A DNA stretch of 64,000 nt from Candidatus Levyibacteriota bacterium (GTDB taxonomy: Bacteria; Patescibacteriota; Microgenomatia; Levybacterales; UBA12049): contig JAYRIM010000028.1 in NCBI GenBank assembly GCA_041906785.1, positions 35,934-99,933 of the forward strand, given 5' to 3'. Position 1 is the stretch's first letter. Each line of letters opens with the position of its first letter. The notes below the pieces were generated by a model. It ran no database searches and was not told the DNA's origin. It saw nothing but the letters and a program-made list of their open reading frames with translations. Position numbers and translations under genes: made by a program. Shown piece by piece: positions 28,293-38,961 of this stretch.

Positions 28293-29756
28293 ATGGATGA
28301 ATTGGATATCGCTACCATTACGAAACGTACTGTTCAAGGAATAATTGCACTTGTTACCCGATCTTTTATTCTTCAATTAATATCATTTGCAGCTTTTATT
28401 ATTGTCGCAACAAATCTGAATGCAGGAGAATTCGGGACATTTATTATTGTTTCAAATATCCAGTTAATTATTAGTTTTTTCATTGATTTTGGCTTGGGAG
28501 CGGCGCTTGTACAAAAAAAAGAAGAACTTGAACAAGAAGAAATAAACACTGTCTTTACTGTTCAATTTTTGGTAACAGGATTTATTTTTTTATTGATTTT
28601 TATTTTTCGTGACAAAGCGAAAGATTTTGTTGCTTTCTTTTCGTCCGATAAACTCTCAGATGAAGGAACATGGCTTTTAGTATCATTAACATTTACACTG
28701 TTCCTTTCATCCTTTAAGCTCATACCATCAATCTTATTAGAAAGAAAAATTCAGTTTCAAAAACTTGTTATTCCTCAGATAGTTGAATCATTATTCTTTA
28801 ATTTAATTTTAGTTATCCTTTTACTTCAAGGCTTCGGTATACGAAGTTATACCTTCGCATTTGCTATATCGAGCCTTATAGGAATTCCAGCCTATTATGT
28901 TATTTCGCCATGGGTTGTTCGCTTCCAGATCACAAAAAGAGCACTTTTCCATTTAAAGTTTGGCGTTCAATTTCAAGCGAAAAATATATTAGCGAATATT
29001 AAAGATAGATTCCTGTGGCTATTTTTAGGAGCGTCACTGGGAAGTGTGAAAGTTGGTTATATAGGATTTGCTGAAAAGTTGGCTTACTTTGTTTATAGAT
29101 TCGTTGTAGATAGTGTAACTAAAGTTATTTTTTCGACATATGCTCGATTACAAGGAGAGAAAGAACATCTTGAGAGATCACTAGAAAAATCACTTTTTTA
29201 TGTATCGAGCATTATGTTTCCGGCAATTGTAGGCGTTATGATTATTATGCCGTATTTTTTTTCCTTTTATGAAAAATGGCATAAATGGCAACCGACAGTA
29301 TTAAGCCTGATTTTCTACTGTCTTGCTGCTGCAGTTTCATCTCTTTCCGGGATTTTAGTAAATGTTCTTGATGCAAACGGAAAAGTAAAAAAAACGCTTC
29401 AGCTTATGGTTATTTGGACAGTATTAACCTGGGGGTTAACGATATTCTTTATTCAATTCTACGATTTTAATGGGGTTGCAATTGCTTCGTTTTTTGTGAC
29501 ATTAACAATTGCATATACAATTTATCTCGTAAAACAAATCGTTCGCTTTCATTTTTTTCAATCAATCAGTAAGCCTTTAGCGGGAACGATCGTAATGGGG
29601 TTATTTATTATGGCATTAGCACAAGTTGTGGCGAAAAATATTATGACTGTATTTTTTGTTATACTCATGGGAGCAGCAGTATATATCACAAGTATGTATT
29701 TTCTTGCTGGTAAAGAAATCATTCAAGATATTAAAAAAATTCGATTTAAACAATGA
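28293..29756 (+). CDS. Wzx/MurJ-superfamily (MOP) lipid-linked oligosaccharide flippase
   Basis: 487 aa. It has about 12-14 TM helices and a Polysacc_synt-like organisation. Confidence 0.6.
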   Translation: MDELDIATITKRTVQGIIALVTRSFILQLISFAAFIIVATNLNAGEFGTFIIVSNIQLIISFFIDFGLGAALVQKKEELEQEEINTVFTVQFLVTGFIFLLIFIFRDKAKDFVAFFSSDKLSDEGTWLLVSLTFTLFLSSFKLIPSILLERKIQFQKLVIPQIVESLFFNLILVILLLQGFGIRSYTFAFAISSLIGIPAYYVISPWVVRFQITKRALFHLKFGVQFQAKNILANIKDRFLWLFLGASLGSVKVGYIGFAEKLAYFVYRFVVDSVTKVIFSTYARLQGEKEHLERSLEKSLFYVSSIMFPAIVGVMIIMPYFFSFYEKWHKWQPTVLSLIFYCLAAAVSSLSGILVNVLDANGKVKKTLQLMVIWTVLTWGLTIFFIQFYDFNGVAIASFFVTLTIAYTIYLVKQIVRFHFFQSISKPLAGTIVMGLFIMALAQVVAKNIMTVFFVILMGAAVYITSMYFLAGKEIIQDIKKIRFKQ

Positions 29757-30670
29757 GTAAAACATCATCCGTTTCTGTTGTCATTTCCGCATTTAATGAG
29801 GAAAAAAAGATTAGAGAATGTATTGAATCAGTTCAGTGGGCTGCTGAAATTATTCTTATAGATAACACCTCAACAGATAGCACCGCCGCAATAGCGAAAA
29901 AGCTTGGTGCGAAAGTATATACGCGTAAAAATAATCTGATGCTCAATGTAAATAAAAACTTCGGTTTTTCGAAAGCATCACACAACTGGATACTAAGCCT
30001 TGATGCAGATGAGAGAATTACTCCAGATTTACAAAAAGAAATTATTGAAACATTGTCTAATGAAAATCTTCAGTACAATGCTTTTTCTATTCCTAGGAAA
30101 AATATTATTTTTGGAAAATGGATAGAACATACTGGTTGGTATCCTGATTATCAATTGCGCTTATTTAAAAAAAATTTTGGAAAATTCGAAGAAAGGCATG
30201 TTCATGAGCAGATTGTAGTAGAAGGGCAGATAAGTACATTGAAAAATCCTATGACTCATATGCACTATGATTCAATCTCGCAATTCCTCCATAAAACATT
30301 TATTATTTACGCTCCAAACGAAGCATCTGAATACTTGCGAAAAGGATATCAATTTAATTATCTTGATGCTTTACGGTTCCCTCTTAATGAGTTTTTTAGT
30401 CGATATTTTGCTCGTGAAGGATATAAAGATGGTCTACATGGTTTAGTATTATCATTATTAATGGCAGCCTATCATTTAGTAGTTTTTTCTCTCATTTGGG
30501 AACAAAAAAATTTTATTGAGAAAGATAATATTGAACATGAAGTAGAAGAAGAATTAAAAAAAGAGTCTAGAGATATGCGATATTGGTTTACTACATTATC
30601 ACTTAACAGATCTTCAAATATTTTAAGAGAAATATTCTTGCGATTAAAAAGAAAGATGTATACTCGTTAA
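29753..30670 (+). CDS. GT2 (GT-A) glycosyltransferase (paralog group with 32276 and 57444)
   Basis: 305 aa. Motifs VSVVISAFNEE ... LIDNTSTDST ... LSLDADE (DxD) ... WYPDYQLRLFKK. The start overlaps the previous stop (ATGA). Confidence 0.75.
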   Translation: MSKTSSVSVVISAFNEEKKIRECIESVQWAAEIILIDNTSTDSTAAIAKKLGAKVYTRKNNLMLNVNKNFGFSKASHNWILSLDADERITPDLQKEIIETLSNENLQYNAFSIPRKNIIFGKWIEHTGWYPDYQLRLFKKNFGKFEERHVHEQIVVEGQISTLKNPMTHMHYDSISQFLHKTFIIYAPNEASEYLRKGYQFNYLDALRFPLNEFFSRYFAREGYKDGLHGLVLSLLMAAYHLVVFSLIWEQKNFIEKDNIEHEVEEELKKESRDMRYWFTTLSLNRSSNILREIFLRLKRKMYTR

Positions 30671-30679
30671 TAATGAAAT

Positions 30680-31336
30680 ATGAAACGTTTTGGTCATTAT
30701 TTTGCTTTATTTTGCTACCTTTTGATAATTACAAATATTTTATATATTGATTTATTTATTCTAACAAAAAAAGACAGCGATCCTAACACCATTTTCCGCA
30801 GTGAAAATCCCCAAGTAGAGAAAAAACTATCCGATCAAATTATTACAGAAGAATCAAGTGTTCTTTGCGATGCAGCATGTATCTCAAAAATATATGCTTC
30901 AATTGAAAACGCCACAAAGTCAGCATTAAAAGCGATTCCGAAAAACAGTAATACAATTCAAAATACCTCAACGGTAAAAGAGTTTTTTATTCCATTCGGA
31001 TCTGGATTTTCATCTGCTGAAGAATGGACAGATGTTCCTGGTATGTCTGCTACAATAGATACGAATAATTATAAGAAAATAAAAACTGTTTTTTTTGAAG
31101 CATCGCTTCGTATTCCTACAGGGAATCAGAAAGCATATGCTCGGTTGTTCAATATAACGGATAAGCATCCTGTATGGTTTTCTGAAGTTTCTATTGAAGG
31201 AGGAACTCCAACCCTCGTAACATCCCAACCAATTACTTTAGATGAAGGAAATAACGTATATCAAGTACAGATGAAGACTAGTTTAAAATATCAGAGTTTT
31301 ATTGATCAAGCGAGAATTAAAATTACTATTCAATAA
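30680..31336 (+). CDS. Hypothetical membrane-anchored exported protein (218 aa)
   Basis: Single N-terminal TM/signal anchor followed by a Ser/Thr/Asn-rich soluble domain. No identifiable family. Confidence 0.5.
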   Translation: MKRFGHYFALFCYLLIITNILYIDLFILTKKDSDPNTIFRSENPQVEKKLSDQIITEESSVLCDAACISKIYASIENATKSALKAIPKNSNTIQNTSTVKEFFIPFGSGFSSAEEWTDVPGMSATIDTNNYKKIKTVFFEASLRIPTGNQKAYARLFNITDKHPVWFSEVSIEGGTPTLVTSQPITLDEGNNVYQVQMKTSLKYQSFIDQARIKITIQ

Positions 31337-32247
31337 TGAAAAAGGTTCTCATTTCTCTTATTACATTCAATTCTGAAAAAGAAACATTAGCGTGTTTAAC
31401 TTCTTTAGAGCAAATTGATAAAGACGGCATTTCTCTAGAAATAGTAGTGGTCGATAATGCTTCAAAAATACACTTTGAGTTGCCGAAAAAACATGAGTCA
31501 TTACCAATAAAAATAATGAGAGTTGAAAAAAACATTGGTTTTTCCGGAGGTCACAATATGTCATTACGTTATGCGTTAGAACATGATATAGATTATGTTG
31601 TTTTATTAAATAACGACACAGTAGTAGAGAAAAATTTCTTAAAAGGTTTATTGAAGGCTGCAGAAGAAAACGATGCAGGTTTAGTCAGCCCTAAAATCTA
31701 TTTTTCAAATGGATCAGAGTTTCATAAAGATAGATATAAAAAAGAAGAACTTGGGAAAGTAATATGGTATGCAGGTGGAACAATGGATTGGAATAACATA
31801 ATTGGTAAACACCGAGGTGTAGATGAAGTAGATAGAGGACAATATCAGAATATCGAAAGTATATGTTTCGCGACAGGATGCTGCATGCTCATTAAAAAAG
31901 ATGTAGTAGAAAAGGTTGGAATATTAGATGAACGATATTTTCTCTATTATGAAGATGCAGATTATAGCGAGCGTGTAAAAAATGCTGGATTTTCAATATA
32001 CTATACACCTGAATCCATCATTTGGCATGAGAACGCTGGCTCTGCAGGTGGATCGGGGTCTATATTGCAGGATTATTTTATAAGTAGAAATAGATTATTA
32101 TTTGGTTTGCAATACGCACCATACAGATCTCGTATAGCCTTATTGCGAGAGAGTTTTCAACTTTTAGTAAATGGAAGGAAATGGCAGAAAAACGGAGTTA
32201 TTGATTTTTATTTAAGAAAATTTGGTAGAGGAACTTTCGAAATATAA
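31336..32247 (+). CDS. GT2 glycosyltransferase (rhamnosyl/glucosyl-transferase WbbL/RfbF-like)
   Basis: 303 aa. Motifs LITFNSEKET ... VVDNAS ... NIGFSGGHN ... LLNNDT ... YYEDADYS. Confidence 0.7.
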   Translation: MKKVLISLITFNSEKETLACLTSLEQIDKDGISLEIVVVDNASKIHFELPKKHESLPIKIMRVEKNIGFSGGHNMSLRYALEHDIDYVVLLNNDTVVEKNFLKGLLKAAEENDAGLVSPKIYFSNGSEFHKDRYKKEELGKVIWYAGGTMDWNNIIGKHRGVDEVDRGQYQNIESICFATGCCMLIKKDVVEKVGILDERYFLYYEDADYSERVKNAGFSIYYTPESIIWHENAGSAGGSGSILQDYFISRNRLLFGLQYAPYRSRIALLRESFQLLVNGRKWQKNGVIDFYLRKFGRGTFEI

Positions 32248-32275
32248 TGTCCAGTATACTGGACAGCACTGTGCG

Positions 32276-33040
32276 ATGAATAAATTGTCTGCAATAATTT
32301 TAGCGAAGAACGAGGAGCAACTAATAGCTGATTGTATTGATTCAGTTTCTTTTTGTGATGAAATTATTGTTATTGATAATAATTCAGAAGATAGAACTGC
32401 GGAAATTGCAGAGAAAATGAATGTGAAAGTATATAAAGAAAAAAGTACTAACTTTTCTGAATTAAGAAATATCGGCATGAAAAAAGCGAGGGGTAACTGG
32501 GTGTTGTATGTTGACGCGGATGAACGTGTGAATGATGTATTGCGGAGACATATTCAACAAAATATTGCGAATAACGGAAACAGCAAAATAATAGCATATA
32601 CAGTGAAGAGAAAAAATTTTTACTTAGGAAATAACGAATGGCCTGTTATAGAATCATTTGATAGGTTATTTAAGAAAAAATATTTTAAAGAATGGAGTGG
32701 AGAGCTTCATGAAACACCATATTACGAAGGTGAAAGTCATATGCTTGATGGTTTTTTACTGCATTATACACATCGAGATCTTTATTCAATGCTTGAAAAA
32801 ACAATTCAATGGTCTGCTATAGAAGCACAACTGCGTTTTGATGCGAATCATCCGAAAATGACGTGGTGGAGATTTCCACGCGTAATGATAACAGCATTTT
32901 ATGATTATTATATAACGCAAAAAGGATATAAGGTCGGAACAGCAGGATTAATTGAAAGTATGTATCAAGCATTTAGTATATTTATAACTTATGCAAGACT
33001 TTGGGAATTGCAGAATAAATATCAAAATAAAGCAACATGA
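32276..33040 (+). CDS. GT2 (GT-A) glycosyltransferase (paralog of 29753 and 57444)
   Basis: Motifs LSAIILAKNEE ... VIDNNSEDRT ... YVDADE ... The tracked ORF begins at a TTG at 32222. The ATG at 32276 avoids overlap with the upstream gene. Confidence 0.7.
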   Translation: MNKLSAIILAKNEEQLIADCIDSVSFCDEIIVIDNNSEDRTAEIAEKMNVKVYKEKSTNFSELRNIGMKKARGNWVLYVDADERVNDVLRRHIQQNIANNGNSKIIAYTVKRKNFYLGNNEWPVIESFDRLFKKKYFKEWSGELHETPYYEGESHMLDGFLLHYTHRDLYSMLEKTIQWSAIEAQLRFDANHPKMTWWRFPRVMITAFYDYYITQKGYKVGTAGLIESMYQAFSIFITYARLWELQNKYQNKAT

Positions 33041-35274
33041 AAACATTTTTTCTTCGGTATTATTCAATTATTTATATACTGCTCGTCTGGCTGCTTTTTT
33101 CATTCCCATATTTTTTTCAAGGATTAGTGCCTTATCCATCCACTTATCAAGTTAATTTTTTCCCTCCATGGAGACATTATCAAGAATGGGCAGGCCCTGT
33201 GAAAAACAATGCGATGCCGGATGTGATCGATCAAATATATCCATGGAAACACTTTACAATCGAATGGATGAAGCAAGGAGTTATCCCTTTGTGGAATCCT
33301 TATAATTTTGCAGGAAATCCTCATGTTGGTAATTATCAATCAGCGGTTTACTCTCCTTTTAATCTTTTTTATTTCATACTGCCTTTCATTGATGCATGGT
33401 CTCTAACAGTTCTTTTACAACCCCTTATAGCTGGATTATCGACATATCTTTTTGTACGTGAATTAAAAATAAGTAAAGCAGGTTCTATATTAGCGAGTGT
33501 ATCGTATATGTTTTGTGGATTTATTGTAGTATGGATGGCATATGGAACCCTCTCAATGGCGATTGCTTTCCTCCCTTTAGCACTGTACAGCATTGAAAAA
33601 GTTTATGCTTCAAAAAAAATACGGTATTTACTATTCTTTCCAATCACAATAGCAATATCTTTTTTCTCTGGACATTTCCAGACAAGTTTATATTTTGCGT
33701 TATATACCCTTTGTTTTATCCTATTTAAAATAATTACCAATAAGAAAGAAAAAAAACTGCACTTTTTTGTAATAATGTTTTTCATTATTGGAATACTCAT
33801 TAGTTTGCTTCAAGTGATTCCTACAATACGTTTATATAGTACATCTGTGAGAAGTGAACTAGTTCATGCAGGAGGTGGCATTCCTTTCGATCATTTAATC
33901 ACAATCGTAGCACCAGATTTTTTTGGAAATCCAGTTACACGTAATGATTGGGTTGGGAACTATGCAGAATGGGCTTCTTTTATCGGTATCATTCCTTTCT
34001 TTTTCGCACTTGTCTCAGTATTAAAAGGTAAAAAACAAACGATTTTTTTTGGCTGCATGGCTTTTATCACGTTATTATTATCGATGGATACACCTATACA
34101 TAGTCTTCTTATTAAATCTGGAATTCCTGTTATTGCTACCAGTATTCCATCACGAATGATTGTGTTAAGCAGTTTTTCATTAGCCATATTAAGTGCTTTT
34201 GGTATGGATGCGTATGTAAATAGGCATGCGAAAAAAGAAACATTGTTTATTATTTTCTTTTTAGGTGTAGCATTAAGCATTGTTATATTCTCATTAGCAG
34301 TTTTTCATGTATTACCAGACGAAAAAAACAATCTTGCATTAAAGAATAGCATTGTTCCCATTGTATTTTGGTTTATACTGACAGTTTTTATCGCAGGAGA
34401 ATATATTTTTAAAAATATTAAAAAATTATCTATCGGCATCAGCATCCTGATTCTTTTAGCAACTATAGATAGCCTGCGGTTTGGATCGAAATGGATGCCA
34501 TTCGATCCAAGATCACTCGTGTTTCCCGAAGTTCCTGTTATAGCCGCTATGAAAAAAAATATAGGAAATGGGAGAGTTTTCGGAAATCTTGGTACTGAAG
34601 TAACAACGTATTATGGTTTAAGTTCTCTAGAAGGGTATGATCCTCTTTATAATAAACGATATGGTGAATTGGTACGTTATGCAATAGATGGCACATGGTT
34701 ACCTGCAGAACGTTCTGTCGCGAAGATAGATCGTAAAGGTAAGTATACGGATACACTTATCGATTTACTAGCGGTTACTATCCTTTTCCATCCTCGGGCA
34801 GATACGAACCAAGTCTGGGCATATCCTATTTGGGAAAAAGAAAAAAAATACACCTTAGTTTATGAAGACAAAAAGTTCCAGATATTTAGAAACAACACAG
34901 CATTGCCTAGAGCGGCATTATTTTATAACTATGTGGTTAAGCAAAATGGACATGATATTCTAGCGACGCTTTTTTCAAAAGACTTTTCTTTTAGGAATAC
35001 ACTTCTTTTAGAAAAAAAACCTTTACGTGTTGAAAAAACTCATGTTGGTGTAGGAAAAGTCGAAATCGTTAGCTACATGCCAAATAAAGTTACTATTCAT
35101 GTCGAGAGTTCGGCTCCGGCTTTACTGTTTTTATCAGATACCTTTTATCCCCAATGGCTCGCAACACTAAACGGTAAAAAGACAGAGATTTTTAGAGCAG
35201 ATTATGCATTCCGTGCGGTAGAAGTTCCAAAAGGAAAAAGTACTGTGGAGTTTATATATAGAGAATTATTTTGA
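33037..35274 (+). CDS. YfhO-family large membrane protein (group C)
   Basis: 745 aa. Motifs LWNPYNFAGNPHVGNYQSAVYSPFN and C-terminal LFLSDTFYPQWLATLNGKKTEIFRADYAFRAVEVPKGKSTVEF. ATGA overlap with the previous gene. Confidence 0.65.
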   Translation: MKTFFLRYYSIIYILLVWLLFSFPYFFQGLVPYPSTYQVNFFPPWRHYQEWAGPVKNNAMPDVIDQIYPWKHFTIEWMKQGVIPLWNPYNFAGNPHVGNYQSAVYSPFNLFYFILPFIDAWSLTVLLQPLIAGLSTYLFVRELKISKAGSILASVSYMFCGFIVVWMAYGTLSMAIAFLPLALYSIEKVYASKKIRYLLFFPITIAISFFSGHFQTSLYFALYTLCFILFKIITNKKEKKLHFFVIMFFIIGILISLLQVIPTIRLYSTSVRSELVHAGGGIPFDHLITIVAPDFFGNPVTRNDWVGNYAEWASFIGIIPFFFALVSVLKGKKQTIFFGCMAFITLLLSMDTPIHSLLIKSGIPVIATSIPSRMIVLSSFSLAILSAFGMDAYVNRHAKKETLFIIFFLGVALSIVIFSLAVFHVLPDEKNNLALKNSIVPIVFWFILTVFIAGEYIFKNIKKLSIGISILILLATIDSLRFGSKWMPFDPRSLVFPEVPVIAAMKKNIGNGRVFGNLGTEVTTYYGLSSLEGYDPLYNKRYGELVRYAIDGTWLPAERSVAKIDRKGKYTDTLIDLLAVTILFHPRADTNQVWAYPIWEKEKKYTLVYEDKKFQIFRNNTALPRAALFYNYVVKQNGHDILATLFSKDFSFRNTLLLEKKPLRVEKTHVGVGKVEIVSYMPNKVTIHVESSAPALLFLSDTFYPQWLATLNGKKTEIFRADYAFRAVEVPKGKSTVEFIYRELF

Positions 35275-35541
35275 TTTTCTTCTTAAATGTTTAAACCAAC
35301 CTGTAATTTCATGCACTGTTAAGCGGTGTTTTGCGAATCTAAAGAGATAAATAATCTCAAGAAGCCCTACAGTATTAAAAATGAGCATAGGAATAAACCA
35401 ATATTTGTTACCTTCTTTTGCTGCTCGCCATAATGCTAAACCTTTCCAAATTGAGGCCCAGATGAGGAGAAGATAGATAAGCGTATAGTTTGGCTGTTGA
35501 GTCATACTTCTCATCATACCAGCCTTGCTTCGCATATGCAA
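35266..35541 (-). CDS. Small conserved-looking 2-TM membrane protein (about 75-91 aa)
   Basis: It fills a 300-bp gap between YfhO and GT4 genes. Two hydrophobic helices flank WKGLALWRAAKEGNKYWF, and the C-terminus is basic. I vaguely recall a widespread small-protein family with this pattern but cannot confirm it. Confidence 0.45.
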   Translation of the reverse strand: MHMRSKAGMMRSMTQQPNYTLIYLLLIWASIWKGLALWRAAKEGNKYWFIPMLIFNTVGLLEIIYLFRFAKHRLTVHEITGWFKHLRRKSK

Positions 35542-35573
35542 GTGTAAGAAAACCTGGTAAAATAATTTTAATC

Positions 35574-36644
35574 ATGAGAATTGGTATCTATGATCCTTAT
35601 CTGGACACAATGTCAGGTGGGGAAAAATATATGTTAACTGCTGCAAGTTGTCTAGTATCAGAGCATAACGTATCAATTTTTTGGAATGATGAAGAGTTTA
35701 TTAGAACAGAAGCTATAAGAAAATTCGGTATAGATTTACAAAATATATCATTTCATAAAAACATTTTTAATCAAGATACGTCTCTTATTTCGCGATTATC
35801 TGAATCCCAAAAGTATGATTACATCATTTTTCTAAGTGATGGAAGTATACCACTTATCGCTTGTAGTCTTATTCTCCATTTTCAAACACCTGTCGAATGG
35901 GTAATAAATAATCCAATAAAAACTAAGATAAAGTTATTAAGAACAAAAAAAATTATTTGTAATTCTTTCTACACTAAAAAATACATTGATAAAAAATACG
36001 GAGTAAACAGTGACGTTCTATATCCTCCTATAACTATTGGTGAGGAAATACAAAAAGTAAAAAAAGAAAATATTATTCTTAATATTGGAAGATTCGGTAT
36101 ACAAATGGCAGGATCAAGTTATAAAAAACAAGAAATACTCGTCGATGTATTTAAAGAGATGGTAAAAAAAGGATTAAAGAATTGGTCATTAGTATTGCTG
36201 GTCAGCGGAGCGGAAGATGATCTTAAAAAACTTGATACTTTAAAAGATTCTGCGAAAGGGTATCCAATAGAATTTGTATCTAATCCAAATAAAGATTTTT
36301 TCTGGAAATATTGTAGAAAAAGTAAGATTTATTGGCATGCCTCAGGCTATGGAGAAGATCTTTTTAAACATCCAGACCGTGCCGAACATTTCGGAATGTC
36401 AACAGTAGAAGCAATGAGTGTAGGTAATGTGCCAATTGTTATCAATGCTGGTGGCCAACCAGAAATCGTCCAAGATAATAAAAACGGTTATGTATGGAAT
36501 ACGATTGAAGAATTAATGCAAAAAACAAACAAAATTATAAAAGATCCGAAACTTTGGGAATCTTTCTCAGAAGAAGCAATAGATTCTGCAAAGCGTTTTA
36601 GTAAAGAAAGATTTTGTAAAGAACTTAGAGATATTTTTATATGA
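35574..36644 (+). CDS. GT4 (GT-B fold) glycosyltransferase
   Basis: Starts MRIGIYDPYLDTMSGGE. The C-terminal EHFGMSTVEAMSVGNVPIV matches the EX7E motif region of GT4 enzymes. The upstream 28 codons of the tracked ORF are probably not translated. Confidence 0.7.
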   Translation: MRIGIYDPYLDTMSGGEKYMLTAASCLVSEHNVSIFWNDEEFIRTEAIRKFGIDLQNISFHKNIFNQDTSLISRLSESQKYDYIIFLSDGSIPLIACSLILHFQTPVEWVINNPIKTKIKLLRTKKIICNSFYTKKYIDKKYGVNSDVLYPPITIGEEIQKVKKENIILNIGRFGIQMAGSSYKKQEILVDVFKEMVKKGLKNWSLVLLVSGAEDDLKKLDTLKDSAKGYPIEFVSNPNKDFFWKYCRKSKIYWHASGYGEDLFKHPDRAEHFGMSTVEAMSVGNVPIVINAGGQPEIVQDNKNGYVWNTIEELMQKTNKIIKDPKLWESFSEEAIDSAKRFSKERFCKELRDIFI

Positions 36645-38953
36645 AAGAGAAACTATTCCCTTTACTATTCCTCTTTATCATTTTCATTTTTTTCAATCCG
36701 CTATTCCTCTCGGGTAAAGTGCCTATCGCTTCTGATACGATTGTCGGTCTCTATCATCCATATAGAGATGTGTATGCTAAAGAGTATCCACGAGGTATAC
36801 CATTTAAAAACGCTCTCATAACAGATCCTATTAGACAGCAGTATCCTTGGAGAATATTAACAATTAATGTATTAAAGCAATTAGATCTTCCGCTGTGGAA
36901 TCCATATGCTTTTTCAGGAACACCTTTGTTAGGAAATCTCCAGAATGCTGCTTTCTATCCTTTAAATGTATTATTTTTCTTTTTTCCATTCGAAATCGCC
37001 TGGACCATTTTAGTCTTCTTACAGCCTTTTCTCTCTGGAATCTTTCTTTATTTTTATTTAAGAAAAATTAACCTTCAGCAGCTTTCGTCTTTTTTAGGTG
37101 GAGTTGTTTTTGCTTTTTGCGGATTTAATGTTGCATGGTTAGAATGGAATACTATTGTCCACACAGCATTATGGCTTCCCCTAATACTTTTAGCAAAGGA
37201 ATATTTATTAGAAAAGATAACCTGGAAATGGGTTATTATTTTAATTTTTGCTGAATCTTCCCAATTCTTTGCAGGACATCTTCAAATTTGGTTTTATTCT
37301 TTTCTTATTAGTAATGTATATTTATGGATTCGTATTTGGTCAATAACAAAACCAGAACAGATATCTTTTAAATCAACTTTTTTTTCTTTTTTTCGAAAGT
37401 ATAAACCTTTCATGTGGATCGGTTTTTTTATTCTTCTTCTTACTTCAATTGTTTGGATTCAAACGTTTCAGTTTATAGGATTATCATCTAGAGATATCGA
37501 TGTTCAATGGCAAAAGGAAGGTTGGTTTTTACCATGGCAACATCTTATTCAATTTGTAATACCAGATTTCTTCGGTAATCCGTCTACATTAAACTACTGG
37601 GGAGTTTGGAATTATGGGGAATTTATTGGTTATGTTAGTTTACTGCCGTTATTATTTGCAATATATTCACTGCTATTTCGATATGATAAAAAAACATTTT
37701 TTTTTGGAACATTATTTTTTGTTTCACTTATTTTTTCTTTACCTTCTTTCCTATCTACGTCTATTTTTCTTTTACATATTCCTTTTTTGTCTACAGCTCA
37801 GCCAACCAGACTTTTATTCATTACGGATTTTTCCCTTGCAGTATTAGCAGCATTAGGATGTGATAACTTTCTTAAAAAGAAAACCAGAATCTATCTTCCT
37901 CTTCTTGCGATGAGTTCTTTGTTTATCTTACTATGGACTTTTATCTTTCTCGGAAATACTATGTTTCATATTCCTCTTGATTATCTTGCTACAGCAAAAC
38001 GAAATAGTATTCTTCCCACCCTCATTTTTATCAGTCTTTGTGTATTTCTTTTACTCTATATAAAAGTAACTATTAAATATAAACAAGCTATTGTTATCAT
38101 TCTGCTTGTAATAACATTGTTTGATTTGTATAGATTTCATACGAAATTTAATACATTTTCAAATGCAGCATACCTTTATCCCACGACGGAAACGATCTCA
38201 TTCTTAAAGAAAAATCTTGGGAATTACCGTATTATGTCCTTAGACTCACGAATATTGCCACCAAATTTCCCATCAGTTTATAAGTTACAAAGTATTGAAG
38301 GGTACGATCCTTTATACTTAAGAAGATACGCTGAATTGATAGCTGCCTCTGAACGAGGAGAACCAAATATAAATCCTCCATTTGGGTTAAATCGTATTAT
38401 TACTCCACATAATTTTAACTCAAAAGTAATTGACTTACTTAGTGTAAAATATATATTGAGTTTGTCTGATATTTCATCACCGAAAGTGAAAAAAGTTTTT
38501 CAAGAGGGAGAAACAAGAATTTATCAAAACCTCTTAGCACAACCTAAAGTTTTCTTAGTTAAGAAGACATCTTACGCAAAAAATAAAAGTGACGCAATTA
38601 AAAAAATGTTTAATGAAAGTTTTAATATAAAAGATGAAGCGATTGTGGAAGATAAGAGAATTGTGAGAGGGAAACCTATTGAAAGAAATTGGTCAGGGGG
38701 AGAAGTTAAAGTTTTGCAATACAGTGAAAATAAAATTAGTATTGAAACGAATATTGAAAGAAGTGAAAATCATGAAAATGAAGGTTTCGTTGTATTAACA
38801 GATACATACTATCCTGGATGGAGGGCATTTATAATAAATAAGGAAACGGATTTTTCATATGATACTGATATACTCCGAACAGATTATAATTTTCGAGGGA
38901 TTATTGTACCAGAAGGGAAAAGTGAAATTCTTTTAATAATTGGTCTTTTTTAG
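36641..38953 (+). CDS. YfhO-family large membrane protein (group C)
   Basis: 770 aa. Motifs LWNPYAFSGTPLLGNLQNAAFYPLN and C-terminal VLTDTYYPGWRAFIINKETDF...DYNFRGIIVPEGKSEI. Confidence 0.65.
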   Translation: MKEKLFPLLFLFIIFIFFNPLFLSGKVPIASDTIVGLYHPYRDVYAKEYPRGIPFKNALITDPIRQQYPWRILTINVLKQLDLPLWNPYAFSGTPLLGNLQNAAFYPLNVLFFFFPFEIAWTILVFLQPFLSGIFLYFYLRKINLQQLSSFLGGVVFAFCGFNVAWLEWNTIVHTALWLPLILLAKEYLLEKITWKWVIILIFAESSQFFAGHLQIWFYSFLISNVYLWIRIWSITKPEQISFKSTFFSFFRKYKPFMWIGFFILLLTSIVWIQTFQFIGLSSRDIDVQWQKEGWFLPWQHLIQFVIPDFFGNPSTLNYWGVWNYGEFIGYVSLLPLLFAIYSLLFRYDKKTFFFGTLFFVSLIFSLPSFLSTSIFLLHIPFLSTAQPTRLLFITDFSLAVLAALGCDNFLKKKTRIYLPLLAMSSLFILLWTFIFLGNTMFHIPLDYLATAKRNSILPTLIFISLCVFLLLYIKVTIKYKQAIVIILLVITLFDLYRFHTKFNTFSNAAYLYPTTETISFLKKNLGNYRIMSLDSRILPPNFPSVYKLQSIEGYDPLYLRRYAELIAASERGEPNINPPFGLNRIITPHNFNSKVIDLLSVKYILSLSDISSPKVKKVFQEGETRIYQNLLAQPKVFLVKKTSYAKNKSDAIKKMFNESFNIKDEAIVEDKRIVRGKPIERNWSGGEVKVLQYSENKISIETNIERSENHENEGFVVLTDTYYPGWRAFIINKETDFSYDTDILRTDYNFRGIIVPEGKSEILLIIGLF

Positions 38954-38961
38954 TATTTACT

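Noticed and set aside
35490-35573. N-terminal 28-codon extension of the GT4 ORF
   Set aside because: GT4 enzymes normally begin right at the MRIGI... beta-strand. The extension overlaps the opposite-strand small membrane protein ORF. ATG 35574 was chosen.
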